DNA of 58,398 nt from Bigelowiella natans CCMP2755 (Eukaryota; Protista; Cercozoa). The notes under the pieces were generated by a model. The model saw only the letters and a list, made by a program, of their open reading frames with translations, was not told where the DNA came from and made no database searches. The translations under genes and the position numbers were made by a program. The stretch is from contig ADNK01001539.1 of NCBI GenBank assembly GCA_000320545.1, forward strand, positions 1 to 58,398. Reading direction: 5' to 3'. Shown here piece after piece: positions 50,528 through 58,398 of the stretch (the stretch's first letter is position 1; every line of letters starts with the position of its first letter).

Positions 50528-52230
50528 GTCGGTCAATGTCGATTCCTTCTCGAACAAAAACAATGCCGATGATGAATTGAATTCTCCCCCCCCCGACACC
50601 CGAGCGCGACCCAACGAACTCTCTTCACCCATCGTGGACTCCATTGAGGAACTCCGCTGCCTTCAGTCCACACTCTCATCCTGCCAGATTCTTCGCACTG
50701 GAGCAGCATGAGGGCTGGTGTTCCTTGTGCGAATCTCACGAAGACGTGTCCCTGAAACACCTTTTGTTCTCCTGTCAAGGAACGTGCGACATCAGAGACC
50801 GTTTTTGGACCAGGATTCGTCACCTGGTGTCTCGTCATCAACCTGATGCCAATGATGATGTTGTCACGTTGCGTGCTTTCTCAGCCATGTCTTCTCATGA
50901 CAAGTTCTGCCTTGCTTTGGGGGCCACATCTGGTGTCCCTTCGACTGACAAAGAAATCGACAGGGCTTTCCGTCGAACCATTGTCCTGCTTGACAATTTT
51001 GCTGCTGTTCGGCATCCAAGATGCCAGCTTCAGTTCCAATCAATTCACATTGCAACGGCACCATCAATCGGCATCCATGCCAATTTCATCCCTTGTTCCG
51101 TCTCCGGCATTTCAGATGAGTGGCCATGGTGTTCTCATCCCTTCACGCAGCCTTGGAGTGTGCCTCTGATGGGTTGCAGCTGATTTTTTGTGTCTCTTCA
51201 CCAACAGGGTGCTGACAAGTCCTTGCAACGAGTGTTGTTGAGGCTCTGCTGCGTGCAAATGCCTGTCTCCCATGTGGTTCTGGCGCACGCAGTTTTTGAT
51301 CAACGCTTTGTTCATTGTTCATTGTTCATTGTTCTGGTTTGTGAAGATCGTGTGACGCATCTGTCTGTTGTTGCCCCAGGAACGTGATGAAAAATGAGAA
51401 AACATTTGAGGAAGAAGGGATCGAACAGAACCGGGTGCAAAGCCAACAAGAAAGTGCATGGCTGAATGGGGAAAATGAGAAACATCATCACATCGTTGAA
51501 TTCACAAAGTGAAGTGAAACCCCAGAGTTTCCAAAAGAAAAAATCTTGCTTTGCACATGAGTTCGTCCATTGAGAATGGCCTGCAAATTTGTCAAACGAG
51601 GTCTTTGGGGGAAAGTGGACAACGCGAACGACGATGTGCGTGACGCATTGAAGATCATGGTCATCAGATCATTCTGGACCGCAACTTGTGCGCTGTGTTT
51701 GTGTGTGTGCATGTGTGTGTGTGTGTGTGTTGCAATGTGCGATGGCTTTGAATTGAACACGTGTTGGCGTGCCTGCAATTTCACGCTGAATGAGCAGTCT
51801 TCATCATCACGCGAACACATGCAGGGAAATTGTTTGGAACTTTTTTGCATGTGCACAAGACTAGCAAGCGGACTGTGCAAGATTCGCAGATGAAATGCGC
51901 ACGTCTAGACGTGTCACTCATTTGGACCAAATCTGATGCACCCTCGTCGACGTTCATGTCGTCCTGATTCAGAGACGTTGTTGCCAGTCTAGCAGTCTAG
52001 TAGTCACCACACCGCAAACTAGCAAAACTAAAGAACAAACACTCAATCCATTCAAGCCTCAAAAGGCCCTCCAACCTAGCAACCCGTTGTGTTTGCAAAT
52101 GCATCGCGGGCATGTTTTGGAGCCGGATTCGGAAGGACTCGCAGCTCGCTGCAACTCCACAGCGGCCGGTCGAGCGGTTCCGGAGGATTCAAAATTTCTG
52201 AAGATGATGGCTAGCCAGCTAGATGGCTAG
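50528..52230. other. TpA-void island over a LINE remnant and its flank
   Basis: Zero TA from 50528 to 51860 by manual scan; afterwards TA occurs almost only as CTAG. Confidence 0.95.
50644..51334 (+). mobile_element. 5'-truncated non-LTR retrotransposon (LINE) 3' end: ORF2 C-terminal CCHC zinc knuckle, 3' UTR and (TTCATTG)3 tail
   Basis: CSLCESHEDVSLKHLLFSC (C-x2-C-x9-H-x4-C, 50719-50775) followed by 'IRDRFW', typical of the LINE ORF2 C-terminus. Short tandem tail at 51311-51331. Homologous 3' ends occur at 23313-23820. Confidence 0.7.
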
Positions 52231-52611
52231 ATGGGCTTAGTGCTTATAGCGGTAACATTGCTAGGCCCATTGGTTTGTGTTTTGTTCACATTCGGAATCC
52301 CGCTCATTACTGGCGTGGCTGCCGCATCTAGGCAGTTGTAGTTGCTAGTGCAGTGTGTCTCTTCAAGAAATTGTTCAAAAGTGCACGATCGCATAGCTAC
52401 TAATTGTGCACTGTTCATGCAGTGATTGAAACGCATGCAGTGCAGCACATCATGCAAAAGACGAAAACGCGAATGGACACACGTTGACGAGGCTTAAACC
52501 TCACGCAGCATCAAATAAGGAATGCAACAATCATACAAAATTGCAAATTGACATATCACGCAACATCTACATCTACTTGCTCAATTGTGTGCATGTGTGA
52601 ATGATCATTAC

Positions 52612-54830
52612 TTACATTTTGTTCTTATCTCGGATGCAGAAAGTAGTGCTAGGTCGAAAGGCTTTTTTTTCATGGCCATTGCTGTTTTGTGTACTCCTCC
52701 TTACACCAGGTTTGGGAGTCGGAGTTGAAGAACGTAGAGCAGCTCCCAGTTTAACCAACTGTGAACATACATCCATTGAATGAGGATGAGGGAGGAAATT
52801 TCATTTGTCTAACGTAAATGCATTTAAACTGCACCGACCTTGTACTCGAGTCTTTTCTTTTTAGCGTGAAGTTCCTATAGCCCAAAAAAGCGTTTCGTGA
52901 AAAGATGCGAGATGATGAAACAAGTATGTATTTATTTTTCCAAATCATCAATAGGTATCTACGTATCTACCTGGACTTTCTTGCGAAGCATTTCGTTTTC
53001 TGCTTTCAGAGCCATAAATACATCCTTTGACACTTTATCGTCTTCATCTTTGCTATTTACATCAGTAGAATTTAGGGGTTCTGATGACATACTTGTTTTC
53101 AAAATTTCAAGTTCTTTCTTAAGTGCTTCAGCTCTTTGCTTAGCAATGTATAAATCCTCTTCAGATGATACAAGTTTTTCTCTAAGAAGTTCATTCAGTT
53201 TCTTCATATCTCCGTCTTTCCGATGGCTGGAATCTGAGAAATTAAAATATCTGTAATATGGTGAAGACAACAGAAGTGTTTCATACCTTTCGATTCTGCC
53301 AACGGATTTGTACCTGCTCCTTCTGTCTCGATGTCAAAGCCTTTTAGATGCTCTGTCGAAAATGTAAGTTGCCGCTGAAGCTCCTTAATTTTTGCTGTTG
53401 CAACTTCCAGTTTTGTCATGTTCAGTCGCTGCTCGCTGTTCAGTTTATGCTGAAGAGTTTGTAGTTCTGACCGTTGGGCCGCCATTTCTTCAATCCAAAG
53501 TTCTTTTTCTTTTTCTTTTTTGCTTAGTTGATCTCGAAGGTTTTGAATTTCTTCCTCATTTTCACGGAGTTGTTTCAGTAATGTCTTGTATTCATTGGTA
53601 CCTCTTGGCGACGCTATCGTAAGCATTCCATTAAGAATATCATTAGTTTCCTGGGAGACTTTCAAGAGTTTAGGGGTTGGTTTCTTCAGCATGCCATTGA
53701 GTTCATCGTTATCTTCATGCGCAGTTTTATCGATAAGGCTAGCTAGATGTACAACTTCGAGCCTGTTCGCTTCCGCTCTCCGCAACGTAACCTTTACCTT
53801 ATTTACTCCGTCCGGCTGACCATGTGAAAAAGTACTCAGCAACACAATAACAAAGAAATACTTTGTTTTACCCCAATTCCATTCCATCTAATGTCAATAG
53901 TACGGAGGGTGTTATTTCGCTGAATTCCCTTCAGGATGTGGTCGAGGCCCTACATAGCTTAACCAGTTCAATGTCGACTCTTCTCCACCATTATGTGGGT
54001 ATTCAAAATTCAAAATTGGTTGCACCTCGTCTTCAATTTCATTCCATGTCATCCGTAGCTCACGAATATTACGATTTTTCTCAAGCATCCTGTCCATTTA
54101 TCCAAATGTCGGTATTATTAAAGACAATTTGTGTCTTTTCTAATCATACATCGCTGTGCATTCATCTTGTTAACAGTTGTTCTATTTAGTACACACCTTC
54201 CTACACTTGCAGCCCCTTCTTTCCTAACTGCATTGTTACCAATGTCCAAAAAAGTTAGGTTGGTGTTTGGTATGATTGCCTATGTGATCCGTAGAATGTC
54301 AGAACAGAGGAAACTCATTGTATATTGAATAATGCAAACCTGCATGATTATCTTACACCCATCAGGCCCAAGTTTGTTTGAAGAAAGATTTAGTTTTTGT
54401 AATTTTGAGGCTTTAGAATCTAGCATGCGAGTGATACTAGGGCACTTCTTTGCGTCTACTCCAAGGTTCATCAATGATAGTTCATCGAGCCGACTCTCCA
54501 TTTTTATACTTAGCTTTTCGAGATCCTTGTCGTCCACACGAACGACGGAGTCAAGTGTTAGAACTTTTAAGCTTGGACATGTTGCGATACCATCAACAAA
54601 CAAAGGGAAACAATTTCCAATGTGACAATCACGAATTGCAACGTCTCGAAGCCATAAAGCTTGAGCAAAAGCCTATAACCGGTAAAACAACACAATTTAA
54701 AAAAACGAAAATAAACGCCTTCGCCTTCGAATAAGCTACTCAAAAACTCAAAAATGCTCTTTATGTTATTTTGTACATTTCGGAGACGAGGCATATGCTG
54801 ACTTGATAAATTACATCCGCTCAACCTTTG
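52612..54830 (-). CDS. RNI-like leucine-rich-repeat protein with a C-terminal coiled coil; multi-exon, 5' end unresolved
   Basis: LRRs LQKLNLSSNKLGPDGC, LTFLDIGNNAVRKEGA, IRELRMTWNEIEDE and TIDIRWNGIG; coiled coil LKQLRENEEEIQNLRDQLSKKEKE; last exon ...RDKNKM* at 52612. Confidence 0.75.
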
Positions 54831-54901
54831 AAAGGCAAATGTAATGTGAAGACGAAGTATGGAGTGATTGGTGTAGCATACACCAACACATACACACACA
54901 C

Positions 54902-54944
<43 letters not shown>

Positions 54945-54953
54945 GTTTCAATT

Positions 54954-54987
<34 letters not shown>

Positions 54988-55149
54988 GAATAGTCATTTG
55001 GTCTTAATACACTTATCCGTTTACTCGCAGGCAGTGAGATTTGTATGTACAGCCGTAAGGAATGTATGTACGCTGATGACGGAGTGAACAACAGTAATTA
55101 TGAAACCAAAATCTAGCACAAAGCACGTGAAACACTTATTTGAAGAACA

Positions 55150-56430
55150 TTCCATGCCATGCCCCTACAACTGACCAAGGAGAAAGGGACATAACCAATA
55201 GCAAAATAAAGCTTTTGAAAGCTCACAGACAACCTCTCACAGACGAATTGATGCGGCGACGACGACATTGTCAAGGCCTACGTTGGTGCTTCATTTGTGT
55301 GAGACCGAACAACTGCGCTTTGCTCAATGCGATATGAAGAAAAGGATATTTTGGCCGAAATTCGCCTGCAAATTGTCATGATGAAGTTAAAAATAAACAG
55401 CAAGTTTGCCCAGGGGATTTTGCATTGCGACCTGTTATGAATGAGAAGACAGGACACAAAATGGCCTTGCTAGCAAGATTCAAGCTGCAATGGAACCCTC
55501 CTCGCGTGTGTGTGCACAACATTTGGACGTGCGTGTACTGGCATGCATGAACATGCGACGAGTCAGTTGGCTTTTTGAGACCATAAAGTCATGAGTCTGA
55601 CGTTCGCCCCTTGCTCATCTCGTGCGTTTGGGACGCATCCACTGATGCAGTATTGTGCACTCCGCGGTGCAGACGTGTGGCATCGCACACAAACTGTCTG
55701 GTTCCATAGTGGATGTGCGTGCGTTGTGTGCCTGCGCACAACAGACACAGTGATGCTACACATGTTGTTCACATATTGCATTGCGTTTGTCTATGTGCAC
55801 GTGTTGCATTGCGTTGCCCATGATCTGTCCATCATCACAACTAGCCAGCTAGCTAGCTAGACGACCTCAAACGACACCGTCAAGTGCACATCTAGAAATT
55901 GCTGTTTTGTGTGTCCATGGCAACAAGTTACAGACTAGAGTGTGTCTGTGCCTTGCTGGCTTGTGAGTAATTATAGTGTGTGCACTCTACATGCTTTGCG
56001 TTGTGTGCCTGTCGATCATCACGATGATGACCCTTCACGATGCCGCTCTAGCGCCAACCGTGTGTCTGTATGTGGCAACACGTTGCAAAACAGAATGTGT
56101 TTCTCTGTCTTGCTTGCTTGCGTCATTCTAGTAGTCTAGTAGTGCGTATGGTGCATATTGGCTTGCAAGAGTTCAAAATTTTATGACGTCTAGACGTTTT
56201 GCAGACATCTGGCGCGTGCAAGCAGTCGCACTTTCTCAACCCCTTTTCACATTGCTGCATGTGCTGTGCTCGAATCAGCACGCTCAAGGCAAATTGATCT
56301 TTCACATTGCGAGGGGATCGACTAGATGAAAAATTGGGTGGGGCGATGTTCTTGCTGATTCCAATGTGGATCAGTCACAAGTATTGACGCAGACAACTGC
56401 AATCTTGACATTCCATTCAATTTGCATTTA
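55150..56430. other. Partially TpA-depleted, TG/CA-rich intergenic island
   Basis: Rich in gtgtgcac, gcatgcatg and ctagctagctag; TA reduced but not absent. Downstream of RBM28. Confidence 0.55.
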
Positions 56431-56445
56431 TTTGCAAGCCAATCG

Positions 56446-56775
56446 CTACTCCCTGTCTCGCAACATGTCCTCCTGCATCTCCTCGAAAAGGGCTTCCGGG
56501 CGTCTTTCAATGCGCTCTTGAAGTGTGCCAGGATTTTTAGCTTCCTTTCGCACCTGCCTCACAGCCTCTATCCTAGCCCGACGCTCTGCGACACGACGCC
56601 TCCTCCTGGCAACCTTTCGTGAATCTTCTACGGCGAATTCAACGATCGGACGCGATGTGAAACTAATCAAGAAATGGAGAAATACACCCTTGAGAAGCGA
56701 TAGAACACGTAGTCACTAGGCCATTACGTGCCGTCATTGTTGTGCTTGTGTGTGAGTGTGTGAGTGTGTGAGTGT

Positions 56776-56815
<40 letters not shown>

Positions 56816-58192
56816 ACGCGCGCGCGATGAGAGAGAAAGAGTTAGTGAGAGAGAGAGAAAGAGAGAGAGTCAAAGGAAGAAAATATGTGTGTGCGTGTGA
56901 AAACAAACACATGCACGTACCTGAATCCATGCCCCGCATTCGGATGATTATTCAAACACCTAGTGGTAGTGGAATCGATATCACAGTGTAAGCATGCTAG
57001 CACGTAGTAAGCATGTATTTCTCATCGATGCCAATCACTTCTCAATATAACCTACTCATTTCCTCTTATTGTGACAAAGATGAGAGCTCATTTAAGAGAG
57101 GGGAGAAGGGTTAGGGTTAGGGTTAGACATAGAGTCAAACCACTACCTCAAGCAAGCAACTGTGTCAGCATAACCATCAAACTCTACAAATCCGACACCG
57201 CGGGAGCGGGCACGCCCATTATCATCGAGCTTGTTCTGGTCCATCAAAACCTGCAGAGATACAATATTTGTGTCGCCGGTCTATACGATGCGGCATGCGC
57301 TTCTTCCGTATTTTTTGGGTTAGCACACGGAAGGCAGTGCGTGCGCGCGGCCGGGCTCACCTTTGCGTGCACAATCTTCGGATTTGATTTCGGCGCCCAT
57401 CGCCGAGTTGCATTCTGCGACACATTCTCGCATCAGCATCGTGATGACGACGACGACGACGATGATGATGATGATGCATATATACGCATTCATTCGGATG
57501 TTTCTCGCGCGCGTACCACGCACAGCGCCTTCAGCCCTTTTGTGTCCATTGACCGAGGGAGGTTGCGAATGATTAGCCTTGTGTCGGACAGATGCCTGTG
57601 ATTTGTTACGTGTGTCAAACCACAACTTCAAGGGGAAAATGGAGACGCCGGGGAGGGTATCTCGTGATGTATGAGATTCTTTAATTGGCTCTAGTCTGTG
57701 CACGCTCTGCTACCTTGACGTGTCAAGCAGCTTGCGTTGGATATCGCCCATAGAATATGCTCTGCAATAGGTGAAACCCCGAGAGTTTATCAACATCCGC
57801 AATGCTACAAGTTGTGTGCAGGTATTACAAATTAAAAGTGATGGTACTTATCTTTTTACAATACACCGCGAGTAATAGGAAAGAAAGGAATCCGTGTCTC
57901 CTGACACCACCTCTTCTGCTGGTCGGCCTCGCTCATAAGTCGAAACTTGTGGTTGGGAACGACCATTTCCTACACATTCCAAGTTGTAACAGCGGTTTGG
58001 TCAAAAATACGCGCGTGAGATATCTGAGGGAAAGAAACGCTTGCGATCACGCATGATCGCGCCATGCACTTCGGCGTCAAAATGCATCTTTCTCGTCCCG
58101 CCCTCAGTGCCAATGTCATGTACCTTCAACAGTCGGTCGTTTCTCATGGGGATAGTCTCGCGAATCTTCTTCTTACCACTTTCAGGCTGAGT

Positions 58193-58241
<49 letters not shown>

Positions 58242-58398
58242 CGTGTGCGCGTGTATTTATAGAGCACACACACAGTGTGTGAGAGAGAGAGATGCGGATG
58301 GGTAAAGAGAGTGAGACAGAGTGCGGGTAGACAAGTGAGAAAGATTTATGTATATGTGTATATCGCGATCGCGCGCGCGCGCGCGCGCGCGCGTGCGT
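56446..58398 (-). CDS. RBM28: RNA-binding protein 28 / Nop4 (nucleolar, 60S biogenesis); 3' exons with the last RRM, 5' part outside the window
   Basis: Spliced motifs HLSDTRLIIRNLP (RNP2, ~57553-57596), GRARSRGVGFVEF (RNP1, ~57176-57250), CLNNHP and RPIVEFAVEDSRK (~56620-56660) match the RBM28/Nop4 fourth RRM. Confidence 0.82.

Noticed and set aside
51205-51300. CTGACAAGTCC as a hammerhead ribozyme core (CTGATGA-like)
   Set aside because: No matching GAAA core or closing stems found.
50528-51860. CpG methylation decay or classical RIP as the cause of TG/CA richness
   Set aside because: CpG is plentiful and TpA, the RIP product, is absent, which is the opposite of both signatures.
57108-57126. 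(TTAGGG)3 telomere-like repeat
   Set aside because: Only three units inside an RBM28 intron in an SSR-rich genome.

Overview
Eukaryotic, intron-rich protist genomic DNA with GT-AG and occasional GC-AG introns. A chlorarachniophyte or other SAR lineage is a guess, not provable from this window. About 11 multi-exon protein-coding genes can be pieced together by eye: a low-complexity TM protein (3087-7092 +); a giant RCC1-repeat/REJ/GPS/multi-TM/PDZ polycystin-1-like receptor (8953-~18035 -); two membrane proteins (20919-22414 -, 24262-25456 -); glucose-6-phosphate dehydrogenase apparently ending in an EF-hand pair (27417-33234 +); a DOCK-family RhoGEF (34439-~41461 -); a small Sin3-type PAH protein (42355-43324 +); a GT31/C1GALT1-like glycosyltransferase (~44057-50290 -); an LRR/coiled-coil protein (52612-~54830 -); the 3' part of RBM28/NOP4 (56446-end -); and an unidentified minus-strand gene at the left end. 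The most striking signal is non-coding. Several intergenic islands have lost the dinucleotide TpA: zero TA in 50528-51860, and 7 TA in 22826-24323, six of them in CTAG. TG and CA are abundant there, CpG is retained, and CTAG is spared or even amplified. The two completely TA-free islands sit on copies of a LINE-like retroelement 3' end, and all islands lie just downstream of gene 3' ends. This looks like the footprint of a locus-targeted TA->TG/CA hypermutation or base-modification process, a reverse-polarity RIP. All counts and gene models are manual readings.
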